Of a stretch of 64,000 bases of DNA, positions 10,257 through 20,159 are shown piece by piece. The notes below the pieces were generated by a model that ran no database searches, was not told the DNA's origin, and was given only the letters and a program-made list of their open reading frames with translations. Source of the DNA: Alphaproteobacteria bacterium (lineage in GTDB: Bacteria > Pseudomonadota > Alphaproteobacteria > UBA7985); the NCBI GenBank assembly GCA_965660945.1, contig CBFIBS010000013.1, forward strand, positions 11,271 to 75,270, given 5' to 3'. Position 1 is the first letter of the stretch. Each line of letters begins with the position of its first letter. The position numbers were made by a program, and so were the translations under genes.

Positions 10257-12340
10257 GCGCTTGCCCCCTGTGCTGGGGCGCTGCCCGGTCCTCGCCGACG
10301 GCGGAACCGTCCGGCGAGCAGCAGCAGATACAGCGCTTCGAGCACCGCGATGGCGAGCAGCACTGTGATCAGCGGCCGGGTCAGGCGGCGCAGGCCGTCA
10401 CCGCGCGAGAGGGCGCTGAAATCTGGCAGTACGGTGATCGGCGCGCGGGTCAGGCTGGATTCTTCGGCGTTGAACAGCGCCAGCGACACCGGGACGGTCT
10501 GGGTCAGGCCTTCACCGCCGAGGAAATACAGCCCGGCCTGCTCCAGCCGCCAGCGCGACGTACCGCTGTCGTCGACGATGACGGCGGGGATGACGGAGGT
10601 GTCATCGCGGCGGACTTCGGCCTTGACCACGCCTTCGAGCGTCAGCGGGTCGCCCGCGGCGAGGTACTGGGGCACGCGCTGGCGCCGGTCGTCCATCCAT
10701 TCAAGCGTGTTCATCAGCATGAAGGTCAGGGTCAGGCAGTCGTCAGGGCCGTAGATCTGCGCGTCCTGGCGGTCGGCGACCGTGTTGTCGGCTTCGGCAT
10801 CGCTGGGGATCTGAGTGGTGCAGTAGGCGTGCGGGTCAAAGCCCAGGAACAGCATCTTGGCCTGCTGCAGCGCGGCGCCGTCTTCGCTGTCGGCGGCTGT
10901 GGTCTCCGGGCGTTCAGCGGCGAAGGCCGAGACGATATCGGTCCGGTCCTCGGCGGCAACCTCCATGGCTTCGCGGGGATCCACGTCGCGCAGCAGGGGT
11001 TCGACCCGCCCGCCCTCGGTCACCGGTGGCAGGGGCCGCAGCGACGGTCCGACCGTCACCCGCCCCAACATGGGCTTGAGCCCGGCCATGACCGGATGGC
11101 GGTTTTCGGAGGCCTGCCAGGCAAACTGCCGCGCGCCATTGCCTTCCTCGTCCCGGCCCGCACCGGGGCGGGTCTCGATGACGATGGCGTTGGCGTTGAG
11201 CTCCTCGAACAGCGGCGCAGCCGGGCAGCGGTCAAAGATCACTGCGTCATAGCCGCGGTAGTCGAGGTCGTCTTCCATGCCAGCGCTTTCGGTGGTGCGG
11301 ATATTGGGGTGGGGGAGAAACCGGTCGAACAGCACGCCATTGCCCTCGCAGCGGACGATGTGCAGGTCGAAGGGCTGTATCACTTCAGGCACCACCCACA
11401 GGCTGTCGTCGAGCGCCAGCGGGTCGCCCGAGCCGGAGGTGATGATCACTTCCTTGGGGCCCGGGCCGAGTTGCACGGTCTGTTCCAGCACGTCTTCGAG
11501 CGCCATGACTTCGCGTGCGCCGGCAGGCAGGTCGAAGGGCCGCCGCAGGGTGATCACAGCCGGCTTGCCGCGAACCCTGGCCGAGACCGAGACATCGCGC
11601 ACCGGCTCGCGGCCGAAGTTGCGCAGCGACAGCTCCTTGGGCGGGTCGAACAGGTTGGCCCCCCCGCGCACGGCCTCGAAACCGACGTTGGCGGGCAGGT
11701 CATCGCCCACGTCGATCCAGCGCAGGCGTCGCGGCGCTCCGGCATCCTCGGACAGCGGGCGGTCGGTGATCAGGCTCAGTGCGCCGACCCCGCGCGAGGC
11801 TGACAGCGCGGTCAGGGCCGACAGGCGCTGGTCCATGGGCGCGGCGACTGCGGTGACCTGCAGGCGCTCGAGCTGCGCGATGGCCTCTGGCCGGTCGCCG
11901 ACGAAGGGAACGTCATCGCCGAGGTTGGTCAGGCTCAGGATCGCCACGCTGGCGCCGTCGGCCATGGCGCGGTCGATCTCACCCCGTGCAGCCTCTACCG
12001 CGCGGTCGAAGCGCGACTGGCCGCCGCCGGCTTCGGCCTGCATCGAGGCCGAGGTATCGACGACGATCAGCCGCTTGGGCGCGGGCAGCAAGGCCGACAG
12101 TCCCAGCGCGATCAGCGCCATGACGGCGAACATCAGCGCGTAGAGCCAGCGGTGCCACTTGTGGGTCATCGACAGGTTCTGAAAGGTCGAACGCCGGGGC
12201 AGATCCCGGAACAGCAGCAGAGAGGATACATCCAACCGCTGGCGCCGCGCCTGCAGCGCCAGAAACGCCAGCACCGGTGCGAGCACCAGCGGGACTGCCC
12301 AGAGGAAGGAAAAGCCGAAGGTCAGGCCGAGCAGGGTCAT
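10253..12340 (-). CDS. BatA-like N-terminal double-TM plus vWA domain protein
   Basis: N-terminal TM, VSSLLLF motif, second TM, then VVDTSASM MIDAS; C-terminal EES motif and TM; stop overlaps the next start (ATGA). Confidence 0.85.
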   Translation of the reverse strand: MTLLGLTFGFSFLWAVPLVLAPVLAFLALQARRQRLDVSSLLLFRDLPRRSTFQNLSMTHKWHRWLYALMFAVMALIALGLSALLPAPKRLIVVDTSASMQAEAGGGQSRFDRAVEAARGEIDRAMADGASVAILSLTNLGDDVPFVGDRPEAIAQLERLQVTAVAAPMDQRLSALTALSASRGVGALSLITDRPLSEDAGAPRRLRWIDVGDDLPANVGFEAVRGGANLFDPPKELSLRNFGREPVRDVSVSARVRGKPAVITLRRPFDLPAGAREVMALEDVLEQTVQLGPGPKEVIITSGSGDPLALDDSLWVVPEVIQPFDLHIVRCEGNGVLFDRFLPHPNIRTTESAGMEDDLDYRGYDAVIFDRCPAAPLFEELNANAIVIETRPGAGRDEEGNGARQFAWQASENRHPVMAGLKPMLGRVTVGPSLRPLPPVTEGGRVEPLLRDVDPREAMEVAAEDRTDIVSAFAAERPETTAADSEDGAALQQAKMLFLGFDPHAYCTTQIPSDAEADNTVADRQDAQIYGPDDCLTLTFMLMNTLEWMDDRRQRVPQYLAAGDPLTLEGVVKAEVRRDDTSVIPAVIVDDSGTSRWRLEQAGLYFLGGEGLTQTVPVSLALFNAEESSLTRAPITVLPDFSALSRGDGLRRLTRPLITVLLAIAVLEALYLLLLAGRFRRRRGPGSAPAQGASA

Positions 12341-12343
12341 GGA

Positions 12344-13447
12344 TCAGGCCGCCTCGATATCCGCCGGTTCACCCGCGTAGCCCTGGCTGGCCACCGCGGT
12401 CAGGATCTGCTGCACCGCCGAGCGGTTATGGTCGGGCTGGTCGTAGGCATTGAACGACGCGTGGCCCAGATTGAGGCTGCGCGCAGCCCCGGCGAGCCCC
12501 GCCGCGTGGGCAAGCCGAATGCGGCGGTAGGCACGGGATGCTGCGCGGGTGAAGGCGAGGCGCTGCAGCACACCGCTTTCCATGTCGATGATCTGGCGCG
12601 CCTGGCTCAGGTCCTGATCCTGCTGGCCCGCGACCTGACACAGCACGCCGCGAATGTTGGGGTGGCTCATGAACCGCAGCGACCGCGCCACCATCTGGCT
12701 GGAGAGCAGCAGGCGTCGGCGCGCCTGCGGGCGCACGCTGTCTAGGTGCCCGCGTTCGCTCGCCGTCAGCGGCAGGCCGGGCAGGTTGTCAGGTATCGGT
12801 TCGTTCAGCGCATCGTCGTCGACGTCCTGCAGCAGGTCAGTCAGGACCACGACCATCGCCCCCTGATTGCGCCAATCCAGCGAGGCCTGCCCGAGCGCGT
12901 CGAAGTTGGTCGGTCCTGCCGGTTCCAGCCCAGCGAGGCGCTGGCGCAGGGAGCCCAGCAATTGCCGCGGGTGAATCACGTTGATGGCGCCCTCGCTGGC
13001 GACACTCTCGCCGAAGGGCAGAACCCGCACGGCATAGCCGCTGTTCAGCCCGATCAGCGCCAGTTGCAGGCACAGCTCGATCGTCGCCTGGAACTTGTCC
13101 GACCAGCCGCCGGTCGCCATCGACGCCGACGTATCGAGCGCCAGCACCAGTCGGGGCAGGTGCTCGTCCTGAACCAGCCGGGTATAGAGCCGCTTGGAGC
13201 GGCCATAGAGCGCCCAGTCGACCCGGCGCACGTCATCGCCCGGGGTGTAGGTCCGGTGCTGCTTGAATTCGAGGCTGTCGCCATCAAGCTTGTTGAGGTG
13301 ACTGCCGATTGACAGGCCCTGCGGTGGCACCCAAAGCGGCGGCAGGCTCAGGTCACCGACCGCGCGCAGGATCGCCGGGTCGAGGTCGTCGAGCCGTCGG
13401 TGTGCCGGGGTCTGGCCGGTCGATTGCGGGTTCCGGGGCTGTGCCAA
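12344..13447 (-). CDS. DUF58 domain protein (vWA-like MoxR partner)
   Basis: GDSLEFKQHRTYTPGDDVRRVDWALYGRS and LDTSASM; immediately downstream of MoxR. Confidence 0.92.
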   Translation of the reverse strand: MAQPRNPQSTGQTPAHRRLDDLDPAILRAVGDLSLPPLWVPPQGLSIGSHLNKLDGDSLEFKQHRTYTPGDDVRRVDWALYGRSKRLYTRLVQDEHLPRLVLALDTSASMATGGWSDKFQATIELCLQLALIGLNSGYAVRVLPFGESVASEGAINVIHPRQLLGSLRQRLAGLEPAGPTNFDALGQASLDWRNQGAMVVVLTDLLQDVDDDALNEPIPDNLPGLPLTASERGHLDSVRPQARRRLLLSSQMVARSLRFMSHPNIRGVLCQVAGQQDQDLSQARQIIDMESGVLQRLAFTRAASRAYRRIRLAHAAGLAGAARSLNLGHASFNAYDQPDHNRSAVQQILTAVASQGYAGEPADIEAA

Positions 13448-13459
13448 GGGTCGCTGGTC

Positions 13460-14623
13460 CTAGCCCTGATCCGCGTCGCGGAGGTGCTGGATCGCGGCGG
13501 TGATCAGGCTGTCGCTGTCCATGCCGTCGATGGCGGCGCGGTGGTTGAGGATCACCCGGTGGCGCAGGGCCGGACCGGCAACCTTGGCGATCAGGTCGGC
13601 GTTGATGTTGGGCAGGCCTTCGACCAGCGCCCGCACCTTGGCGGCGAGGATCAGCGCCTGCGCCCCGCGCGGCGACGGGCCATACATCACGTATTCATTT
13701 GCGGCGGCCAGCGCGCTGGGTCGCCCGGTGACCGGGTTCAGCACCTGACACAGCTGCACGGCAAAATTCAGCGCACTCTGCGGGGTTTCGACCAGCGGCG
13801 GCAGCGCCTGCAGCCCTTGCAGCTCCTCGAAGCTCAGTCCGTCGACGTGCTGGGCGGTCTCTGACTTCTCCCGCTGCACCCCGGTGGTGTGGGTTACGAT
13901 ATCGGCGAGCAGCCCATCATCGGGTGAGGGGATCACCAGCTTGTAAAAGAAGCGGTCGAGCTGCGCTTCGGGCAGGGGATAGGTGCCTTCCTGCTCGATC
14001 GGGTTCTGGGTGGCGAGCACGTGGAACAGGCCCGCAGCATCGCTGCCGGTATCCGCGTTCGCGACGTCACCCGAGCCGTCTGTGTAGTTCTGACCAGGCT
14101 TGTAGGTGGTGCCGGCAACGGTCATTTGACGCTCGGCCATGGCTTCGAGCAGGGCCGCCTGCGTCTTCGGGCTGGCGCGGTTGATTTCGTCGGCGAGCAG
14201 AACGTTGGCGAAGATCGGGCCGGGCTGGAATTCGGGATACAGCCCGCCACGCTCATCAGTGCGCAGAATGGTGGTGCCGGTAATATCCGCCGGCATCAGG
14301 TCCGGGGTGAACTGGACCCGGCCAAACTGCAGCCCCAGTGCGGCCCCCAGGGAGCGCACCAGCGTGGTCTTGCCCAGACCCGGCCGCGATTCGAGCAGCA
14401 CGTGGCCGCGCGCGAATAGGGCTGTCAGCAGCTCGGCGACGAAGTCTTCCTCACCCTCGGGCGAGAGGATGTCCTTGCGCACTTCGGCGGCGATGCTGGC
14501 AAAGCGGCTGGCAAAGCGGTCGATGGTGGCCTGATCGAGCCGGGCAGCGGCTGTGGCGGCGGTTTCGGCCATAGGCTCAGCAGCGGCTTCAGGTGTCGCG
14601 TCGGTCATGGTCTCTTCGTTCAT
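13460..14623 (-). CDS. MoxR-family AAA+ ATPase
   Basis: HVLLESRPGLGKT, RVQFTPDLMPADITG, LADEINRASPKTQAALLEAM and ATQNPIEQEGTYPLPEAQLDRF; ATG at 14623 preferred over TTG at 14650. Confidence 0.95.
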   Translation of the reverse strand: MNEETMTDATPEAAAEPMAETAATAAARLDQATIDRFASRFASIAAEVRKDILSPEGEEDFVAELLTALFARGHVLLESRPGLGKTTLVRSLGAALGLQFGRVQFTPDLMPADITGTTILRTDERGGLYPEFQPGPIFANVLLADEINRASPKTQAALLEAMAERQMTVAGTTYKPGQNYTDGSGDVANADTGSDAAGLFHVLATQNPIEQEGTYPLPEAQLDRFFYKLVIPSPDDGLLADIVTHTTGVQREKSETAQHVDGLSFEELQGLQALPPLVETPQSALNFAVQLCQVLNPVTGRPSALAAANEYVMYGPSPRGAQALILAAKVRALVEGLPNINADLIAKVAGPALRHRVILNHRAAIDGMDSDSLITAAIQHLRDADQG

Positions 14624-14717
14624 TTTTCTGTCTCTGCCATCCGGGCTCAAAGGTTGTGTTTTCTTCTCTGCGGTGCGGCGCCCAACGGCGCCGCGCGTCT
14701 TTCAGGTCGCTGGTCGC

Positions 14718-17021
14718 TCAGTCCCAGCGTCCGCGGTAGCGGTCCGGCACCGCCTGTCTGGGACTTAAGCCGGTGTCTTCAAGGCGGTAGGCCCCCGAGC
14801 GGTTGCCATTGCTCTCCACCCCGGTGGAGCGGTCGATATCGAACTGCCGGTCGGGCAGGCGGGTGTAGTAGTCCAGCGGCTCGCCTGCGTCGTCCAGACC
14901 GCCGACCGAGCGCTCGAACGGCAGCTCGTCCAGGGCGCTGTCGGGCACTTCACTGTCAGACACGTCGAGACCGGTTTCGCCCTCGCTGTCCCCGCCCATA
15001 GGTGCCTGACGCTGCTGCTGCTGGGGCGGCGGCGGCTGGCTTGCCTGCAGGAACGGCGGCGGCACGTAAGTATCGGGATCGCACAGCGGTGGTGTGGGCT
15101 GTTCGGGGGTGGGCAGGAAGCGGTAACCGGTCAGCACCGAAGACAGCAGGACCAGCCCGGCGGCGAACAGGAGCGGGCTCAGCGCGAATGGAAAAATGAA
15201 CCCGGGCAGGCCGCCTTCGGTAACGGCTTCCGCGCGATGCACGAGCGCCGGGTTGCGAGCCGCTAGAGCACCAGCACCAGCGCCGGCACCGGCTTGAACA
15301 CCTTCTGCGCCCAGCGCCGTCACGTAGGCTTCGAGGCTGCCGCCGGTCGCCATCCGGGCATCGACCTTCTGCGCCACTTCCGGCGCGGTCTGCCGCTTCA
15401 GGGTCGCCAGCATCAGCAGCACGACAGCCGCGAGCAGGCAGGCCCCACCGAAGGAGACGGCCAGCATCCGCGGCACGTCGGTCCAGGCGTAGAGCTGGTT
15501 GTAGGCGAAGGTTTCATCCCGCCACTGGAAGCGTTCAACCGCGGCCCAGTCGACCACCAGCGCCCCCAGCGCCAGCGCGGCGAACAGACTGCCGAACAGC
15601 AGCGCAAAGCCGATCAGGCGCAGGCTGCGGATCCAGACCCTGCGGGTCGTTTGGTTAGAGAGCGCCTGCGCCGTCTTGGGCGCCGCAGGCCGCAGTGGCG
15701 CGATCAGACCCGGGGCCAGCACCCGCGTACCGGCCAGCGACAGAAGCGCCAGCAGTGCCAGCAGACCCACGCCGACGAAGGGCCAGGCCTGCCCCCAGGG
15801 CCGCAGCAGGTCCGTGCGCGACTTCTGCGAGAGCTGCTCGGTCACCGAGCGGGCGCGGTCGCGAAATTCGCGGGCCTCGTCACGCCGCCCCATCAGGGTC
15901 GCCGTCCGCCCAAGGATCACCAGCGAGCAAGCGAATTCAGCCACGTCCCCGCGCTGCTCCTGCAGCTGGGCAATCTGGTCAAAGGTGTCGAAGGCACGCT
16001 CGTATTCGCGCACGGCCAGCCAGAAGCGACCGATCAGCTCCAGCACCTTTAGGAAGCTCTCAGACTCGGCAAAATCAGGCGACAGGATCGCCAACTCATT
16101 TACGTTGGCCTCGATCTCTAGCAGGCTCTCGACTCCGCCCACCGAAAGATCGGCAAGCAGGCGGAAAACGTCGACCAGCTGCCGCAGTTCGGGGTTGCGA
16201 TTGCCGATCGAAAGAAAGGCTTCGATCAGCTGGGTGCTGACCCGCTCCTGCAGCGCCTGAGGTTGGTAGGGCAGCAGCAGTGCGGTGCCGAAAACCTCGG
16301 GCTCGGTCAGGCGCATGAAGTCGTAGGCCGCGGGGTCGAGGATGATCTCCTCGAGCTGCGTGGTCATGGTGTTGAGGCCGCGCGAGATGGCGGCGAGCCG
16401 CTCGGCCTCCGGGTCGCCGGGATCCTTGCGTACGGCGGCCTGCGCCAGCCTCTGCGCATCGTCGAAGTTGTTGTTGAGCAGCGCAACCTGCCCCAGCAGC
16501 ACCAGCACGGGGGAGGGTGCCCGGCGCTCGGAAAAGTCCTGCAGCAGGGTCTGGACGGCGGCGATATCGCCATCGGCCATGGCCAGTTCAGCCAGCGCGT
16601 AGTCGGCCAGGTCGGGCAGGAACGGCAGCTTTGTGGTGGCCTCGGTCTGGGCGGCGGCCTCGGTCATCAGCTCGGTCAAGGCATCCTTGCGCTCGGCGTA
16701 GATGCTGGAGAGCACCAGCCAGCGATAGAGCCGGGCTTCCTCGGGTTCCTGCCGGGTGTAGGTCAGGAAGTGTTTGTAGGCGCGGGCGTACTGCTGGTTG
16801 GACAGCATAGCGCGCCCGGTTTTGACCAGACCGCCGATCCGGCGCTCCTGCTCGGAGAGGCGTTCACTCTGCGCAGACGCCGGCGGAGCCGATAGGGTGA
16901 GCAGTATCGCAAAAACCGCGGTCACGAACGCGCCAGACAGCACCCGCACCCACCGCCTGACACGCGGGCGAGGCCCGGCGTGCAAACTGTGGTGGCCAGC
17001 ATCTGAGATGGCTGGGATCAT
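14718..17021 (-). CDS. TPR-repeat membrane protein, first gene of the MoxR operon
   Basis: Signal/TM segment, TPR-like helices (AVRKDPGDPEA; YERAFDTFDQIAQL), about four TM segments, and an acidic tail ending VPDRYR. Confidence 0.75.
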   Translation of the reverse strand: MIPAISDAGHHSLHAGPRPRVRRWVRVLSGAFVTAVFAILLTLSAPPASAQSERLSEQERRIGGLVKTGRAMLSNQQYARAYKHFLTYTRQEPEEARLYRWLVLSSIYAERKDALTELMTEAAAQTEATTKLPFLPDLADYALAELAMADGDIAAVQTLLQDFSERRAPSPVLVLLGQVALLNNNFDDAQRLAQAAVRKDPGDPEAERLAAISRGLNTMTTQLEEIILDPAAYDFMRLTEPEVFGTALLLPYQPQALQERVSTQLIEAFLSIGNRNPELRQLVDVFRLLADLSVGGVESLLEIEANVNELAILSPDFAESESFLKVLELIGRFWLAVREYERAFDTFDQIAQLQEQRGDVAEFACSLVILGRTATLMGRRDEAREFRDRARSVTEQLSQKSRTDLLRPWGQAWPFVGVGLLALLALLSLAGTRVLAPGLIAPLRPAAPKTAQALSNQTTRRVWIRSLRLIGFALLFGSLFAALALGALVVDWAAVERFQWRDETFAYNQLYAWTDVPRMLAVSFGGACLLAAVVLLMLATLKRQTAPEVAQKVDARMATGGSLEAYVTALGAEGVQAGAGAGAGALAARNPALVHRAEAVTEGGLPGFIFPFALSPLLFAAGLVLLSSVLTGYRFLPTPEQPTPPLCDPDTYVPPPFLQASQPPPPQQQQRQAPMGGDSEGETGLDVSDSEVPDSALDELPFERSVGGLDDAGEPLDYYTRLPDRQFDIDRSTGVESNGNRSGAYRLEDTGLSPRQAVPDRYRGRWD

Positions 17022-17236
17022 GCTGATTGTGTACTCCCCCGGGAAACCGCGCTTTGGTGAGAACCGACTGCTTGTTTATCTAGTCGGACCCGGCGATATT
17101 CCCAACGCTGCAGACCAGTTTTTTGTGCTTGGTCATTCACAGTTATGTCATTCGTTGCTTGCAGGAAGCCATGGACCCTAAGCGTGGCAAAATGCGGGCA
17201 GCACACGTCCATCATCGGGGCTGACGAGGAAACGTG

Positions 17237-17491
17237 ATGATCCGCTTATTATATTTCGCCTGGGTCCGGGTTCAGATCGGCCTCGACGAGGAGCGCCAGA
17301 CCCTTCCCGGCAGCCCGATGACGGTCGAAGCGCTGCTCGACTGGCTGCCCAGTCTGGGGCCGGGGCACGCCCGTGCACTGGAGCAGCGTGGCAAGCTCCG
17401 CGTTGCGGTCAATCAGGTCTTTGCCCAGCCGGATACGCTCATTCATGCGGGCGATGAAGTCGCCGTGTTCCCGCCGGTCACCGGCGGCTGA
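17237..17491 (+). CDS. moaD: Molybdopterin synthase sulfur carrier subunit
   Basis: LLYFAWVR...RVAVNQ...GDEVAVFPPVTGG with C-terminal di-Gly; GAGGA RBS. Confidence 0.93.
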   Translation: MIRLLYFAWVRVQIGLDEERQTLPGSPMTVEALLDWLPSLGPGHARALEQRGKLRVAVNQVFAQPDTLIHAGDEVAVFPPVTGG

Positions 17492-17502
17492 GACGTCGAC
17501 TG

Positions 17503-19983
17503 TCAGAAGATGGCGTCGGCTTCGCTGACGGCGTTACCCCCGGACCGGCTGCCCGACGTCGTTGAATTCCTGGAAGGGCTGCTGCCCGACTGGCGCGAGC
17601 CGCGGCTGCCGCTGACGGCTTCGCGGGGTTCTTCGCCTTCGCCGATCACCCGGCCGTCGTCCGCCACCATGCGCACGTCGATCACGCCGGTCCGCGGGTC
17701 GATGTTCGAAATCGGAACGCCAACCGGGTAGCGGAATTGGGTCACCGGGGTGTCAGCAAGCGCGCCGTTGATGAAGGCTGCGAAAATCGGCGACGCTGAC
17801 TTGCCGCCCGATTCCTTGGCACCCAGCGACCGGGGCTGGTCAAAGCCGACGTAGACCCCGACCACCAGATCTGGCGAAAAGCCGATGAACCAGGCGTCCT
17901 TGGACTCCTGCGTGGTGCCGGTCTTGCCGCCAACCGGCCGATCGACGACCAGCCCAACCCGCCGTGCGGCTGTGCCGCGTTCGACAACGCCGCGCAGCAT
18001 GGAAACGACGTGGTAAGCCGCTAGCTCGCTGGTCACCTGCTCCCCGTGTTCGAAGACCACTGGCATGCTGGTCCGGTCCCAATCCTCAGCATCATTACAT
18101 CCCACACAGTTCCGGCGCTCGTGGCGGAAGAGGGTTCGACCGTAGCGATCCTGCACGCGGTCGATCAGGGTGGGCTCAATCTGCTTGCCGCCGTTGACCA
18201 GCATCCCGTAGGCGCTGGTGAGGTCCATCAGCGTGGTTTCGGCCGTACCCAGCGAAATCGAAAGGTAGGGGGGCAGGTTGTCATCAATCCCAAAGTCACG
18301 CGCGATCTCAACGATCCGACCCATGCCGACTTCGTTTGCCAGTCGAATGGTCATAAGGTTGCGCGACCACTCCAGCCCCTTGTAGAGCGGTTGCCGGCCC
18401 CAGAAGGTGCCGTCGTAGTTCTGCGGCCGCCAGTCGGGTTCATCGTCCACGCCCGGGATGATCCATGGGTTGTCGAGCACGGTTGAATTCGGCGACAGCC
18501 CCTGTTCCATTGCGGCGAGGTAGACGAAGGGCTTGAAGGTCGAGCCGGGCTGGCGCTCGGCCTGCGTGGCACGGTTAAGGGCGCCCTGCGCGGGGTCGTA
18601 GGCGTAGCCGCCAACCAAAGCCAGCACCCGCCCCGTATGCGGGTCAATTGCGATCAACGCGCCCTCAATCTCCGGGATTTGCTGCAACGAAAAATCACCG
18701 TCATCACGCGCTGAAACGAGCACTACGTCGCCTGGAGCGAGAATGTCTTCGACCCGTCTGGGCTCATCTCCCACCGCATCATCGCTGATCTTCGGCCGTG
18801 CCCAGACATAGCCGTCGTAGGGCAGGCGGCCGATTGCGCCGTCCTCAAAGCCGAGCACAGCGGTTGAGCCGTCGATATCGATGATCGCGGCAGGCAGCAG
18901 ATCGAGCAGGTCGTAGGGGCGTTCCCACGCCGCCAGACCGACCTGCCAGTCGGCGAGATCAACCTGCCCGACCGGTCCACGGAAGCCGTGACGGCGGTCG
19001 TAGTCGATCAGGCCGTCGCGCAGCGTCTGCTGCGCGAGGGTCTGCAACCGGGTGTCCATGGTGGTGCGCACGGACAGCCCTTCGGTGCGAACCACGTCCG
19101 GGCCATAGGTGGTCGAGAGCTGGCGATAGGCTTCGGTGCTGAAATAGCCGGTTTCATCGGTCGCAGCGGCGTTGGAGCGGAACTGCAGGTCAAAGTCCGG
19201 CACGACTTCGGCGAGCGCCTCGGCTTCTTCGGTCTGCAGATAGCCGTTCTCGGCCATCTGGCGCAGGACATAGGCGCGCCGGTCCATGCCGCGGGCGAGC
19301 TCTTCCTCGTCGTCAGGCTCGTAGTTCGACGGTCCTTTGATCACGGCGGCCAGATAGGCTGCTTCCGAAACGGTCAGGTCGGCCACTGCCTTATCGAAGT
19401 AGGCCAGCGAGGCTTCGGCCAGCCCGTAAGCCCGCAGGCCGAAGAAAATCTCGTTGAGATAGAGTTCTAGGATTTCGTCTTTGGTCAGGTCGCGTTCGAG
19501 CTGCCAGGCGATGAAGGCCTCGCGGATCTTACGCTCGACCGAATAGCTGTCACCGGTGATGAAGTTCTTTGCCACCTGCTGGGTAATGGTCGAAGCCCCC
19601 GCCAGCCGTCGGCCGTCGACCATGCGCTGAACATTGCGCAGCATGACCTTGCCCAGCGAGATGAAATCGACCCCGCCGTGGCGGAAGAAGTCTTTGTCCT
19701 CGGCCGAAATGAAGGCCTCGACCACATGCTCCGGCACCTGCTCGATCGGGATGAACAGCCGCCGTTCCTCGGCAAATTCAGCCATGAGCGCGCCGTCGGC
19801 GGCGTGCAGCCGGGTGATCACCTTGGGTTGGTAGTCCTGAACCACTTCGTGATCCGGCAGGTCATGGCCGTAGCGGTAATACATGTAACCACACCCGCCT
19901 GCGAGCAGCAGGAAGACCAGCACGATCCCCAGCAGCAGGGTCATGAACAGGAATCGCAGGGTTCGCAGGGCAAACGAGACCAT
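17503..19983 (-). CDS. mrcA: Penicillin-binding protein 1A (bifunctional transglycosylase/transpeptidase)
   Basis: AEDKDF, GASTITQQVAKN and RKIREA transglycosylase motifs; GSTFKP, SRN and KTG transpeptidase motifs. Confidence 0.95.
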   Translation of the reverse strand: MVSFALRTLRFLFMTLLLGIVLVFLLLAGGCGYMYYRYGHDLPDHEVVQDYQPKVITRLHAADGALMAEFAEERRLFIPIEQVPEHVVEAFISAEDKDFFRHGGVDFISLGKVMLRNVQRMVDGRRLAGASTITQQVAKNFITGDSYSVERKIREAFIAWQLERDLTKDEILELYLNEIFFGLRAYGLAEASLAYFDKAVADLTVSEAAYLAAVIKGPSNYEPDDEEELARGMDRRAYVLRQMAENGYLQTEEAEALAEVVPDFDLQFRSNAAATDETGYFSTEAYRQLSTTYGPDVVRTEGLSVRTTMDTRLQTLAQQTLRDGLIDYDRRHGFRGPVGQVDLADWQVGLAAWERPYDLLDLLPAAIIDIDGSTAVLGFEDGAIGRLPYDGYVWARPKISDDAVGDEPRRVEDILAPGDVVLVSARDDGDFSLQQIPEIEGALIAIDPHTGRVLALVGGYAYDPAQGALNRATQAERQPGSTFKPFVYLAAMEQGLSPNSTVLDNPWIIPGVDDEPDWRPQNYDGTFWGRQPLYKGLEWSRNLMTIRLANEVGMGRIVEIARDFGIDDNLPPYLSISLGTAETTLMDLTSAYGMLVNGGKQIEPTLIDRVQDRYGRTLFRHERRNCVGCNDAEDWDRTSMPVVFEHGEQVTSELAAYHVVSMLRGVVERGTAARRVGLVVDRPVGGKTGTTQESKDAWFIGFSPDLVVGVYVGFDQPRSLGAKESGGKSASPIFAAFINGALADTPVTQFRYPVGVPISNIDPRTGVIDVRMVADDGRVIGEGEEPREAVSGSRGSRQSGSSPSRNSTTSGSRSGGNAVSEADAIF

Positions 19984-20016
19984 GGGGCTCTGTGTCTCCG
20001 GTCGCCGCCGGGCGGC

Positions 20017-20060
20017 TCAGTCGGTCGGTGGGTCAGTGGGTCAGTGGGTTACTCGGTTGG
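20017..20060. repeat. Imperfect 8-bp tandem repeat (TCAGTGGG-like) between amiC and mrcA
   Basis: TCAGTCGG TCGGTGGG TCAGTGGG TCAGTGGG TTACTCGG seen directly. Confidence 0.55.
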
Positions 20061-20159
20061 TTCGTCATTTGATCAGTTGGGGGCCAACGAGGGGCCGACA
20101 CCCGCTGGGCGATCTGAATCGCCGCATAACTATCAGATTTAGATGCACGCGCCACGCCT

